Shown here piece by piece: positions 39,827 through 49,660 of a stretch of 64,000 nt of DNA (within the stretch, counting starts at the first letter, position 1; each line of letters begins with the position of its first letter). The notes beneath the pieces were generated by a model that was not told the origin of the DNA, did no database searches, and saw only the letters and a list, made by a program, of their open reading frames with translations. The stretch is from assembly GCA_027593235.1 (NCBI GenBank), contig JAQCIU010000001.1, forward strand, positions 96,001 through 160,000, given 5' to 3'. A program made the position numbers and the translations under genes. Source of the stretch: Chloroflexota bacterium (lineage in GTDB: Bacteria > Chloroflexota > Dehalococcoidia > UBA2979).

Positions 39827-40218
39827 TGCGTCTGTTCTTCGGCGCCGTAGCGCTGGCAGTGGTTGCCGCGGGTGTGGTTGCCGGGGCTGCCGGGCTTCAG
39901 ATCGCCGGTGGCCCCGGACAGGTGATCAGCGCCGGCGTGATCGGACACTCGGCGCCGGATCCCCTCGTGCTCGCGGTCGGCGATGACGCCGCCGTGGAGT
40001 TGGAGTGGGCTGCGGTGGCGGGCGCGACCTCGTATCGCCTGCTCCGCTCCGACGGCGGCCCGTTCACCCTCATCGCCACGCTCAGCGTCGGCGATTTCGA
40101 CGACACGACGGTCGTGCCTGGCGGCAGCTACTCGTACCGCGTCTACGCCGTGGGCGCCGATGGCGCGGTGAGCGACGCGCCAGCGGCAGGCAGCATCGCC
40201 GTCCCGCTCGAACCCTGA
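39823..40218 (+). CDS. Secreted fibronectin-III-like protein
   Basis: LEWAAVAGATSYRLLRS...YSYRVYAV. Confidence 0.75.
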   Translation: MMRLFFGAVALAVVAAGVVAGAAGLQIAGGPGQVISAGVIGHSAPDPLVLAVGDDAAVELEWAAVAGATSYRLLRSDGGPFTLIATLSVGDFDDTTVVPGGSYSYRVYAVGADGAVSDAPAAGSIAVPLEP

Positions 40219-40297
40219 GTGGCGGCGGCTGTACCCCGATCACTCCACGGCGGATGAGTCCCAACCGGTCGCGTGCCCTCGGGAAGGGCGTGCGGCG

Positions 40298-41560
40298 CTA
40301 GCGGATCGCGCCGGCGGCGCGCAGTTGCGCGATCGCCTCGGCGGAGTAGCCGGCGGCTTCCAGTACGGCGTCCGTGTCTCGGCCCAGGGTCGGTGCGGCG
40401 CCCTGCGCGGCCGGTGGCGTGACGCTCATCTTCCACGGCGGCGCAGCCATCTGCTGCGGGCCGGACAGTTCGTGATCCAGGTCGACCATGTACTGGTTCG
40501 CCGTCACCTGCGGGTGCGTCGCCAGCTCCTCCACGAAGTGGACTTTGCTGACCGGGACGCCGTTCTCCTCGAAGACCCGCTCCCAGTGCTCCGAGGTGTT
40601 TCCGCGGATCATGTCCTCGACCTGCTCGGTGATCGCCGCGTCGGTCATGATCTGCTCGGGGTTGTAGAGGTCGTAGTCGGGCTCGTCGCGGTTGTGCTCG
40701 ATCTTCAGCGCGGTGCGCACCTTCGCGCGCAACGAAGCGGAGAGCGCGCCGATCGCGATCGCGCCGTCCTTCGTCGCGAACGCGCGGTAGTAGATCTGCG
40801 GCGTGCGTTCGTGCTGACGCACGAACTCCGCGTAGTCGACGCCGTCGGCTTCGCGTGTTTCGAGGTCGGCAAGCAGCCGCCCGCGCGTCGCCGCGTCCGC
40901 CGCCGGGAGCGACATCGAGGTGCCCTGGATCGTCAGCGCGTTGATCAGCAGCGACGTCTCCAGCATCTGCCCCTCGCCCGTCTGCGCGCGATGGAACAGC
41001 GCCGCGCAGATGCCGAGGGCAAGCGAGTAGCCGGTGGTGTAGTCGGCGTACGCGCCGCCAACCTTGGGGCTGCCCCGCTCGTCCAGCTTGCCGAGCCCCG
41101 CCATCAGGCCAGAAGCCGCCTGCACGACGATGTCGTAGCCGGGCCGGTTCGCCCACGGACCTTCGCGGCCGAACGCGGTGTTGTCCGCGTAGATGATGTC
41201 TGGCTTGATCGCGCGCACCGCTTCGTAGTCCAAACCCAGCTTGGCGGGCACGTCCGGGCGGTAGTTGATCACCATGACATCGATCTCTTCGAGCAGCTTG
41301 TAGACCACCTGGCGCGCGTCCGGGTGGCCGAGGTCGATCGCGAGCGAGCGCTTGCCGCGGTTGAGGCCCTGGTAGGTCTTCGACTCCATCGGCAGAAACT
41401 GCTGCGTCAGCCGCCACGGCTCCCCGTGCGGCGGTTCGATCTTGATCACGTCCGCACCCAGGTCCGCGAGGAGCTGGCAGGAGAGGGGGCCGGCGATAAT
41501 CTGGGTGAAATCGAGGACGCGCACGCCGTTCAGCGGGCCAGATGCCACGTTGACCTCCAT
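40298..41560 (-). CDS. CaiB/BaiF CoA-transferase
   Basis: [27 protein letters not shown]. Confidence 0.92.
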   Translation of the reverse strand: MEVNVASGPLNGVRVLDFTQIIAGPLSCQLLADLGADVIKIEPPHGEPWRLTQQFLPMESKTYQGLNRGKRSLAIDLGHPDARQVVYKLLEEIDVMVINYRPDVPAKLGLDYEAVRAIKPDIIYADNTAFGREGPWANRPGYDIVVQAASGLMAGLGKLDERGSPKVGGAYADYTTGYSLALGICAALFHRAQTGEGQMLETSLLINALTIQGTSMSLPAADAATRGRLLADLETREADGVDYAEFVRQHERTPQIYYRAFATKDGAIAIGALSASLRAKVRTALKIEHNRDEPDYDLYNPEQIMTDAAITEQVEDMIRGNTSEHWERVFEENGVPVSKVHFVEELATHPQVTANQYMVDLDHELSGPQQMAAPPWKMSVTPPAAQGAAPTLGRDTDAVLEAAGYSAEAIAQLRAAGAIR

Positions 41561-41828
41561 GGTCGATGCTGGGTTCGCCTTGATCGGCGATGCGGTCACG
41601 CGGGCTGGGCGGCGCGTGAGCCTGCGGCTCGGACTGGCCGAATCGTACGGGACGGATGTCAGGTCAAGAGCCGGTTGCCCCCGCTGCCTGAGCACGCGTG
41701 GCGGTTTCCGGCCACGGGACCGCCGCGGATGCGGGTTTGCCGGTTGCCGGAGCCGGGATCGACGGCCATACTCAATATTCGCGTCGGCGGCAGGTTCGTC
41801 GCGTTTCCCGAACAGCAGAGAGTCACAG

Positions 41829-42134
41829 ATGGCCAAGAAGTCCAAGCTCGCGAAGAACGCCCGTCGGGCAGTGCTCGTGGAGCGCTACGCCGAGAAGCGC
41901 GCCGAGCTGGTGAAGGTCACGCACGATCCGGTCGCGTCGCCGGACGACAAGCTCGCCGCGTACGCCAAGCTGGGCAAGATGCCCCGCGACGCCAGCGCCA
42001 CCCGCTACGTCAACCGCTGCGGCGTCACGGGCCGTCCTCGTGCATTCATGCGCCGCTTCGGTGTCTCGCGGATCGTCTTCCGCGAACTCGCGAACCAGGG
42101 ACTGCTCCCGGGCGTGAAGAAGTCGAGCTGGTAA
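41829..42134 (+). CDS. rpsN: 30S ribosomal protein S14 (101 aa, non-Zn type)
   Basis: [10 protein letters not shown]...[15 protein letters not shown]. Confidence 0.97.
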   Translation: MAKKSKLAKNARRAVLVERYAEKRAELVKVTHDPVASPDDKLAAYAKLGKMPRDASATRYVNRCGVTGRPRAFMRRFGVSRIVFRELANQGLLPGVKKSSW

Positions 42135-42174
42135 CCAGCTCGGCCCCCAACCGGGCCGACGACGAGCGCTGAAC

Positions 42175-42200
42175 AGCCCGCCGTCGGCGGGCTTTTTGTT
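42175..42200 (+). terminator. Intrinsic terminator
   Basis: AGCCCGCC-gtc-GGCGGGCT followed by TTTTGTT. Confidence 0.85.
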
Positions 42201-42272
42201 GGCCAAGGCAATCGCCGTTTCGGATCGATCGAGGCCGCTCGCACGGATCGATCCAGCTCGAGGTAGGACCCA

Positions 42273-43511
42273 GTGCTGACCCGGCCGTTCCTCACGCTCG
42301 CCTTCGCGATGTTCGCGGCCACCATGGGCATCGGCATGGTGACGCCGATCCTGCCGGTCTACGCGGAGTCACAGGGCGCCTCCGGAGCGGAGATCGGGCT
42401 GGCGTTCTCCAGCTTCGCGATCACCCAGCTCATGATCAGCCCCTTCAGCGGGCGATTGGCCGATCGCTACGGTCGGAAGATCTTCATCGTCGCGGGGCTC
42501 GCCTCATACGTGGTCACGGCGCTGGGTTGGTACTACACGGACACCGTGTACTGGACGATCGCCTTCCGCGCGTTCTCCGGCATCGGATCCGCGGTGATCT
42601 TCTCGCTGTCGCAGGCCTACATCGGCGACCTCGCGCCTTCCGGCCGCGAAGGCCGCTACATGGGCACCTTCGGCGTGTTCATGTCGGTCGGCTTCGGGAT
42701 CGGTCCGCTGCTGGCCGGCGTGATCCGGGACCAGTGGGACATCCAGACGGTCTTCGTCAGCATGGCGCTGATGTTCGCGGCGGCGACGGTGTTCGTCGCC
42801 TTCGCGTTGCCCCGCTCGCACCGCGCGCGCCGCGGCGACGCGAACTCGCCGCCGCAGGTCCCCTGGGGGACGATCCTCCGCCATCCCTACGTACAGGCGC
42901 TCTACCTCGTCGGCACCTCGCTCTCGTTCGCCATGGGCGCGAGCTTCACCTTCGTCGCCATCTTCCTCGAGAACGAACTCGCCGCCACCGCGACGATGGT
43001 CGGCGCGGTGCTCGCGGTGCAGCAGGTCACCGGCGGCGCAATGCAACCCCTCTCCGGGCTGCTCGCCGACCGCTTCAACCGCCGCTATCTGATTGTGGTC
43101 GGCGCCGTCCTCGTCGCCGCCGGCTACCTGCTCGCCGCGGTGGTCGGCGCGTACTGGATGATCATCCTCGGCTTCATGCTCGGCGTGGGCGTCGGCAGCT
43201 CGATCTCTCAGGTGGCCACCCAGGCGCTGCAGGTGGACATCGGCCGAGGGCTCGGCATGGCGACGGTGATGAGCCTGCAATCGACCTCGTTCGGCTCGGG
43301 CATCCTGCTGGGGTCGATGCTGACGGGCGTCGTGAACGACCAGATCGGGACACGTGCGGTGTTTGTCACCGCCTCGATCGTCATCCTCGCCGGGGCCTCG
43401 GCGTTCCTGCTGCGCACTGCCGGGCGGCCGATCGAGCGTTTCGCGGTCGCCACCGCCGAGGGCAATGACGCTCACGAGGGTGGCGAGCACGCGGAGGCCG
43501 CCAGCGGGTAG
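42273..43511 (+). CDS. MFS transporter
   Basis: GRLADRYGRK motif A. Confidence 0.9.
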   Translation: MLTRPFLTLAFAMFAATMGIGMVTPILPVYAESQGASGAEIGLAFSSFAITQLMISPFSGRLADRYGRKIFIVAGLASYVVTALGWYYTDTVYWTIAFRAFSGIGSAVIFSLSQAYIGDLAPSGREGRYMGTFGVFMSVGFGIGPLLAGVIRDQWDIQTVFVSMALMFAAATVFVAFALPRSHRARRGDANSPPQVPWGTILRHPYVQALYLVGTSLSFAMGASFTFVAIFLENELAATATMVGAVLAVQQVTGGAMQPLSGLLADRFNRRYLIVVGAVLVAAGYLLAAVVGAYWMIILGFMLGVGVGSSISQVATQALQVDIGRGLGMATVMSLQSTSFGSGILLGSMLTGVVNDQIGTRAVFVTASIVILAGASAFLLRTAGRPIERFAVATAEGNDAHEGGEHAEAASG

Positions 43512-43534
43512 GCCCCGCCCCTTACCTTGTTCGC

Positions 43535-43715
43535 GATCGCCGGCTGGACCGTGGCTGGGGGTCAGATCCGGCAGCGCCGGCATGGCTCATTGCCCCCTGT
43601 TCGTTCGAGGACCTGGGGGGTGTTGCCACCGGCGATGCTGGGTGCCATGGACCGCTGATGGGGACCGGCGCCGCGAGCGCTCGTTCGTAAGGTGGATGTC
43701 GGCTGAGGCACCCGA
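43535..43715 (+). ncRNA. IS110 bridge RNA (predicted)
   Basis: Two stem-enclosed internal loops whose strands match the element's donor and target junctions. Confidence 0.7.
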
Positions 43716-43753
43716 CCGGATGTCGGACGCGCACGGTCTCGAGCGGAGGCGGC

Positions 43754-44965
43754 ATGAGGCCGGAAGCGCAGATTGAGGTGTTCATCGGGCTCGATGTCGG
43801 GAAGACGGCGCACCACGCCACGCTGATCGACCGAAACGGAGAAGTACTCTCCACACGAGCGGCCCGTAATGACCAGGCGGCGCTTGAGGCCCTGCTGCGC
43901 TTCGCAGCCGAGCACGGCCCGGCGGCCCTGGTGCTCGACCAGCCGGGATCGATCGCGGCATTGACCCTCGCCGTCTGCCGGCAGCACGGCGTCCCCGTGG
44001 CGTACGTGCCGGGGCTGGTGATGCGGCGGGCGGCCGACCTCTATCCGGGCGAGGCCAAGACCGATGTCCGCGACAGCTTCGTGCTGGCCGACTTCGCCCG
44101 CACCCACCCGGGCAATCTGCGCTGGCTCGAGGTCACAGACGAGAGACTCGAGGAGCTGCGCCTGCTCTCCGGATACGACGATGACCTCGCCGATGACCGG
44201 GTGCGGGTCGTGAACAGGCTGCGTGACCTGCTCACGAGCCTGCATCCGCCGCTGGAGGCGCTCCTCGGGCCGCGCCTCGACCATCCAGCGGTGCGCGCGC
44301 TGCTCAAGCGCTACCCGACACCCTCCGCCCTGCGCGAGGCCGGCCGCGGGCGCGTCCTGCGCCTGCTCCGACAGCGCGCGCCTCGAATCGCCGAACGCCT
44401 GGCCGACGACGTCGTCGTCGTGCTGAACGCTCAGACGATCACTGTGCCGGCGGAGCCACGGCTCGGGACGATCGTCGCGGAACTGGCGAGTGAACTGGAC
44501 CGGCTCGACGAACGGAGGGACCGGCTGGCGAGCGAGATTGAGGCGGTCTTTCGTAGCCATCCGCTGGGACCGATCCTGATCTCGCTGCCCGGCGTGGGGC
44601 CAAGGCTGGGCGCCAAGATCCTCGTCGAAGTCGGTGACGGAACCCGCTTCGCCAGCGGCGCTCAGCTCGCCAGCTACGCCGGCCTGGCGCCAGTCACGCG
44701 TCAGTCGGGCACGAGCATCCGTGGCGAGAAGCGCAGCCGGCGCGGCAACCATCGGCTCAAGAACGCGCTCTTCCTCGCGGCCTTCTGCTCGTTGCGCCAT
44801 CCCGCTTCGAAGGCCTTCTACGACCGCAAGCGCCTCCAGGGCAAGAAGCACAACGCCGCCGTGATCTGTCTTGCCCGTCGCCGCTGCGATGTCATCCTCG
44901 CCATGCTCAGCACCGCGACCGCGTATGACCCGCACCACGCCGATCGCACCGCCGTCGCCGCTTGA
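43754..44965 (+). CDS. IS110 recombinase/transposase
   Basis: GLDVGK, LDQP, KTDVRD (RuvC-like acidic tetrad); GLAPVTRQSG; GNHRLK. Confidence 0.97.
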   Translation: MRPEAQIEVFIGLDVGKTAHHATLIDRNGEVLSTRAARNDQAALEALLRFAAEHGPAALVLDQPGSIAALTLAVCRQHGVPVAYVPGLVMRRAADLYPGEAKTDVRDSFVLADFARTHPGNLRWLEVTDERLEELRLLSGYDDDLADDRVRVVNRLRDLLTSLHPPLEALLGPRLDHPAVRALLKRYPTPSALREAGRGRVLRLLRQRAPRIAERLADDVVVVLNAQTITVPAEPRLGTIVAELASELDRLDERRDRLASEIEAVFRSHPLGPILISLPGVGPRLGAKILVEVGDGTRFASGAQLASYAGLAPVTRQSGTSIRGEKRSRRGNHRLKNALFLAAFCSLRHPASKAFYDRKRLQGKKHNAAVICLARRRCDVILAMLSTATAYDPHHADRTAVAA

Positions 44966-45040
44966 CAACGTCATGGGGACACCCCCCAAGACTGGCCGCC
45001 AGCGAGCCGGCGCGTGCCTTCCTCCCCCAACACGCCCGCG

Positions 45041-45994
45041 ATGAGTACGATGCGCGTCGCGTATATCGAGGGAGATGCCATGCACACCGAATACGACGTT
45101 GGCGAAATCATCGAGGACGAGGGCGCGCTGTTCACGCCATTCCGGATGGTGGAGAACTACTGGGCGAAGCAGGCTGGCGCGGTCCAGAACGACGAGGTTG
45201 CGAAGAAGGTCGGCTTCCAGGGCGGCGTGGTCCGCGGCGTGGTGCACATCGCGCAGATGCCGCGCGTGCTGCTGGCCGGGTTCGGCCAGGAGTGGTTCGA
45301 GCGGGGCGGGGTCGCCTCGATGTTCATCAAGCCGACGATGCACGGCGACACCGTGCGGATCGGTCTGCAGGAGCCGGAGCTGGGCGGCAAGGCCGAACGC
45401 GTCCAGATCTGGGTGGAGCGCGAATCGGACGGCATGCACCTGGTGAACGGGACCGCCGAGATTGGCGATCCGGCCGGCGGCTCGCTGACGGCGCAGATGA
45501 TCCTCAACACGGGCGGCGCCGATGAGGTACGGATCCTGGCGAATCACGTGATCGGCACGATGACCGATCAGATCCCGGTCCGCATCGACAGCGTCGAGCT
45601 GGCGAAAGAGCCGAGCGGCCCGATCGCACCGGAGGCGTGGTTCCGCACGGCGTCGCCGTGGGGCGGTCCGATCGCGAACCCGGCGAACGTGCCGACGGCG
45701 GCCGGTCGATCCTCGGGGCAGCTCAACCTCAGCAGCGAGGGCATCGTTGGGATGCTGGGCGCGCAGGAGGTGAAGCACGTCAAGGGACCGGTGTTCCTCG
45801 ATCACGACTACGTGAGTCAGAGCGAGCTGGTGGCGGTGGGGTCCTCGAAGCGGTCGGAGTACGCCTGGTACGAGGCGCGGCTGCTGGAGCCGGACGGCAC
45901 GCTGATCGCGAAGACCACGACGCAGATGCGCTTCCTTAAGAAGTCGTCGCCACTGTGGGCGGACGAGTTCCCGGACGACGAAGGCGGCGAATGA
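45041..45994 (+). CDS. Double-hotdog (MaoC-like) protein
   Basis: AKKVGFQGGVVRG, SPWGGPI, KRSEYAWY. Confidence 0.65.
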   Translation: MSTMRVAYIEGDAMHTEYDVGEIIEDEGALFTPFRMVENYWAKQAGAVQNDEVAKKVGFQGGVVRGVVHIAQMPRVLLAGFGQEWFERGGVASMFIKPTMHGDTVRIGLQEPELGGKAERVQIWVERESDGMHLVNGTAEIGDPAGGSLTAQMILNTGGADEVRILANHVIGTMTDQIPVRIDSVELAKEPSGPIAPEAWFRTASPWGGPIANPANVPTAAGRSSGQLNLSSEGIVGMLGAQEVKHVKGPVFLDHDYVSQSELVAVGSSKRSEYAWYEARLLEPDGTLIAKTTTQMRFLKKSSPLWADEFPDDEGGE

Positions 45995-46271
45995 CCGCCA
46001 GCGACCTCGAGTGCGGTAGTGACCTCGAGGGTCGCGGGGCAGCCGTGGCGGCACGCGGGGGTAACCTTCACCACCGCCCGGGCGCTCTCTTAACGTAACG
46101 ACAGCGCCCCGGGCGAGACTGTTGTCTCGCGGCTGAGACCGCGATCGGTGGTCGATCGGCCCCAGATGCGGGTGCGATTGCAGATCGCTAGACTGGATCA
46201 CCCCCCAATACCCGCGTTTGCGCGGGAGAACCGGCGCCCCATGCAAGCGTCGGAGCAGGACCGGTTCCCCT

Positions 46272-47360
46272 ATGCCTGATCAGATGACGTCCACCAGCCA
46301 GGAAACTGGCGATCTCCACATCGCCAGCACCGTGCCATTGGCCTCGCCCGCGCAACTGGCGGCGGAGCTACCCACGACCGACGTCCACCGGGCGTCCGTC
46401 TCCCGAGGGCGCGCCCAGATCGAGGCGGTGCTGCGCCAGGACGATCCGCGCTTGATGGTCGTGGTCGGGCCCTGCTCGATCCATGACGAGCGCTCCACGA
46501 TGGAGTACGCCGAGCGACTCGCCCGCCTGTCCGAGCAGGTCCAGGACCACCTGCTAGTGGTGATGCGCGTCTACTTCGAGAAGCCACGCACCACCGTTGG
46601 GTGGAAGGGGCTGGTCTACGACCCGAACCTGGACGGCACCTTCGACATCAACGATGGCCTGCGCCGCGCCCGCAAGCTGTTGCTCGATGTGACCGCGATG
46701 GGGCTGCCGGCGGGTACCGAGTTCCTCGATCCGATCGTGCCGCAGTACCTCGCGGACCTCGTTTCCTGGACCGCGATTGGCGCGCGCACGACGGAGAGCC
46801 AGACGCATCGCCAGATGGCGAGTGGCCTCTCGATGCCGGTTGGCTTCAAGAACCGCACGGACGGCAACTCCCAGGTCGCGGTGGACGCGATGGTTGCTGC
46901 GCGAGCGCCACACGCATTTCTGGGTATCGACCGGGACGGTCGGACCTGCGTCATCAACACAACCGGCAACCCCTATGGCCACCTGGTGCTGCGCGGCGGC
47001 ACCGGCCAGACGAACTTCGACTCGGCTTCCGTCGCCGGGGCGCTCGAGGAGCTACGGGCCTCGGGGTCGCGACCGCTGGTGATGGTGGATTGCTCGCACG
47101 CCAACTCCGCGAAGGACCACACGCGCCAGTCGGTCGCGTTCCGCGACGTGATCGAGCAGCGCCGCGCCGGGAGCGATGGGGTCGTCGGGCTGATGCTTGA
47201 AAGCCACCTCTTTGCCGGGAACCAGCCGATCGACGGCGGTGAACTGCGCTACGGCGTGTCGGTCACCGACGCCTGCATCGACTGGAACGAGACCGAGACG
47301 CTGTTGAACGAGGCCGCCGAGGCCCTCGCCGCGGCGCCGGCGGCGCCCGCCGCCGTCTAG
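46272..47360 (+). CDS. DAHP synthase class I-alpha (AroF/G/H type)
   Basis: GPCSIHD, MRVYFEKPRTTVGWKG, IGARTTESQ, DCSHANS, SVTDACI. Confidence 0.96.
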   Translation: MPDQMTSTSQETGDLHIASTVPLASPAQLAAELPTTDVHRASVSRGRAQIEAVLRQDDPRLMVVVGPCSIHDERSTMEYAERLARLSEQVQDHLLVVMRVYFEKPRTTVGWKGLVYDPNLDGTFDINDGLRRARKLLLDVTAMGLPAGTEFLDPIVPQYLADLVSWTAIGARTTESQTHRQMASGLSMPVGFKNRTDGNSQVAVDAMVAARAPHAFLGIDRDGRTCVINTTGNPYGHLVLRGGTGQTNFDSASVAGALEELRASGSRPLVMVDCSHANSAKDHTRQSVAFRDVIEQRRAGSDGVVGLMLESHLFAGNQPIDGGELRYGVSVTDACIDWNETETLLNEAAEALAAAPAAPAAV

Positions 47361-47400
47361 GGGTCTTCGACCCTCGGTGACGCTTCGCGCCTCGATGTGA

Positions 47401-47426
47401 AACGGCCCCGCGTGAGCGGGGCCGTT
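47401..47426. terminator. Hairpin between convergent genes
   Basis: AACGGCCCCGC-gtga-GCGGGGCCGTT. Confidence 0.7.
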
Positions 47427-47458
47427 GTCTTGTCCGAGTGCCGACGTGGAGCCGGCGG

Positions 47459-48211
47459 CTACTGGCGGCTGGCTTGCGCGGCGACCGCGGCGGCGGCCGC
47501 CGCCGCCGCCTCTTCGCCGCCGAGGTAGCGGTGCCCGAGGACCTTCATGTCGTCGTCAAACTCGTAGATCAGTGGCATGCCGGTGGGGATGTTGACGTCG
47601 GCGATCTCGTCCTGGGAGATCCCGTCGAGGTGCATCACCAGCGCGCGGATGCTGTTGCCGTGCGCGGCGATCAGGGTGCGGTCACCGGCCTGGACGCAGG
47701 GGGAGATCACCTCGTTCCAGTAAGGAAGCACGCGCTCCTGCGTCTGCTTCAGGGCCTCGCTGCCGGGGGTGGCCTCGGGCAGTCCGACGGTGGCGTAGCG
47801 GCGGTCGAAGCGCGGGTGCGCGGGGTCGCTTTCGTCGAGGGCCGGCGGCGGAATGTCGAAGCTGCGACGCCAGATGAAGACCTGCTCGTCGCCGTGCTGT
47901 TCCGCGGTCTCCACCTTGTTGAGGCCGGCGAGCGCACCGTAGTGACGCTCGTTGAGCCGCCACGATCGTTCGACCGGGATCCACGCCTGATCCAGTTCGT
48001 CGAGGACGATCCAGAGCGTGTGGATGGCGCGCTTCAGGTAGGAGGTGAATGCGACATCGAACTCGTAGCCCGCCTCGTGGAGCTGGCGACCAGCCTCGTG
48101 GGCTTCGGTGCGCCCGGTGTCGGACAGCTCGACATCGACCCAGCCGGCGAAGCGGTTCTCGAGGTTCCACTGGCTCTGGCCGTGACGGATCAGGACGACT
48201 TCGTGAGGCAT
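47459..48211 (-). CDS. gpmA: 2,3-BPG-dependent phosphoglycerate mutase
   Basis: [24 protein letters not shown]. Confidence 0.96.
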   Translation of the reverse strand: MPHEVVLIRHGQSQWNLENRFAGWVDVELSDTGRTEAHEAGRQLHEAGYEFDVAFTSYLKRAIHTLWIVLDELDQAWIPVERSWRLNERHYGALAGLNKVETAEQHGDEQVFIWRRSFDIPPPALDESDPAHPRFDRRYATVGLPEATPGSEALKQTQERVLPYWNEVISPCVQAGDRTLIAAHGNSIRALVMHLDGISQDEIADVNIPTGMPLIYEFDDDMKVLGHRYLGGEEAAAAAAAAVAAQASRQ

Positions 48212-48365
48212 GGGCGAGCTCCGTTCGCGCGTCGGCGGGGAGGGTTTCGCTGCGCGTAGTCAGTGTCGCCGGGATTGCACCCGACTGGCAACGCCTCGGA
48301 AGGCGTCGATCGACCTGGCCTCGGTCCGCCTCGGCGCGCCGCGTTCCCGGGAAGTTGCGCGCGGG

Positions 48366-49445
48366 CTAGTTGAGGATGGCGATCGTTGCCAGCAGCTGCT
48401 GCTCGTACATGCCGGGCTGGACCAGGTCGTCGTAGAGCAGTTCCAGCATGTCCCATTCCAGCGGGCTGAGTTCCTGTTCAGCGAAGGCGACCGGCGACAT
48501 CAGCCGTCCGGAGACGCTCCAATGATCCGACCAACCAATCGCGTGGACGAGTTCGTGGCGAATGTTGGTGTCCAGCAGCGGTCGGGAGATCGTCGTGCCG
48601 TTCGCCTGGTTGTAGGGAACGAAGATCGCGGCGTCATCGATCTCGAAGCGGTCGGCCGGGTCGGTGCCGTTGGGGCCGACGGTGTAGAAGTAGCTGGTGC
48701 TGGTGTAGGCGCTCCAACTGGGGACCTGCTGCTGTGCCTGAAGGTTGTCGAGCGCCCAGCTTGGGAATGTCGCCGGGACATTGTTGCGGTCGAAGCCCAT
48801 GAAGAGGTGAACGTTCGCGACGGCGGGAGAGGCGGCGTAGCGCCAGGGAATGTCGAGCCGGCTGGTGAACGCGTTCAGTTCGGTTTCGACGGTGGCGATA
48901 TCCGCGGCGGTGCCGGAGTAGACGTAGACCTCCAGCATCTTCGCCTCCGGCCAGCGGATCGTGACGCCGATGTTGCTGCCTGCATATTCGGGCCAGCAGC
49001 CGGGGCAGGTGGTGACCTGGAAGTTGGGCCGCAACAGCGTGTCAACGAACGCCTCCCAGGTGGCCGCCGCGTAGCCGGTGGCCGGGACAGGGACGGGCAT
49101 GGCGATAGGGGCGCCGACGACGGCCAGCACCGCTGTTCCGGCCTGGAGCGTCCCCTGCGGGAACTGGGCGAGGAAGCTCGCGTTGACGAAGGTTGGCGCG
49201 CCGACGAGGTAGCCGACGAGAACGCCGTTCTGGCTGACCCAGATCGACGCAACCTGCGGTTGCTCGATGCCGAGCGTCTCGACCGATCCGCCTTCCCAGA
49301 TCGCGATCGCGACGCCCTTGGTGGGCAGAGTGCCGCCGATCTTCGCCGCGACGACGGCGCCGTCGTCCGCGCTGGCTGGCGTCGCCACGAGGGCCGGCGC
49401 AAGCAGCGCGATTGCCAGGAGGAACGCGATAGATCGCTGCCGCAT
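48366..49445 (-). CDS. Secreted metzincin-like Zn-peptidase domain protein
   Basis: Signal peptide; HELVHAIGWSDH then LM (Met-turn-like). Confidence 0.65.
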   Translation of the reverse strand: MRQRSIAFLLAIALLAPALVATPASADDGAVVAAKIGGTLPTKGVAIAIWEGGSVETLGIEQPQVASIWVSQNGVLVGYLVGAPTFVNASFLAQFPQGTLQAGTAVLAVVGAPIAMPVPVPATGYAAATWEAFVDTLLRPNFQVTTCPGCWPEYAGSNIGVTIRWPEAKMLEVYVYSGTAADIATVETELNAFTSRLDIPWRYAASPAVANVHLFMGFDRNNVPATFPSWALDNLQAQQQVPSWSAYTSTSYFYTVGPNGTDPADRFEIDDAAIFVPYNQANGTTISRPLLDTNIRHELVHAIGWSDHWSVSGRLMSPVAFAEQELSPLEWDMLELLYDDLVQPGMYEQQLLATIAILN

Positions 49446-49660
49446 CTATGACCGCCGATGGCTGAACACCCGCCGCGCGTGAACGCTGGCCGGTGCGGTT
49501 TCCTGATTCGGAGCGCGCACCCAGTGTCCGCTATCCACGCCTCGCGTGCTGCGGTCGCTGGGCTCCTCTTCGATTGTCGGCGCGGAGCCGGGCAGCACGA
49601 AGGCCCGCGCCGGGGAGCGCGAGCCTTCGGAGAGACGGGTGGGCGGTGCCGAACCGCGCG

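Larger units (their letters stand above)
43520..44983 (+). mobile_element. IS110-family insertion sequence
   Basis: Recombinase ORF, long non-coding left end, short right end, no terminal inverted repeats; ends inferred from guide matches. Confidence 0.88.

Noticed and set aside
41765-41785. Zur box upstream of rpsN
   Set aside because: Only a short AT-rich patch, no convincing palindrome
43614-44988. TGGGGGGTGT / ACACCCCCCA as terminal inverted repeats of the IS
   Set aside because: The left copy is ~90 bp inside the element and the right copy extends into the flank; better explained as a target guide
43562-46246. 894-aa minus-strand ORF and similar long ORFs (58740-60746, 50389-52356, 40325-42172, 29488-31107, 14-838)
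   Set aside because: Arg/Gly/His-rich antisense shadows of well-supported genes, expected at high GC
45991-46270. Attenuator or T-box upstream of DAHP synthase
   Set aside because: The short ORF from 45991 has no aromatic codons; no T-box consensus or U-tailed terminator, only GC hairpins
3682-47394. TGACGCTTCGCGCCTCG at 3682 and ~47378, both just after stop codons
   Set aside because: Only two short copies; possibly REP-like but not enough to define a family here
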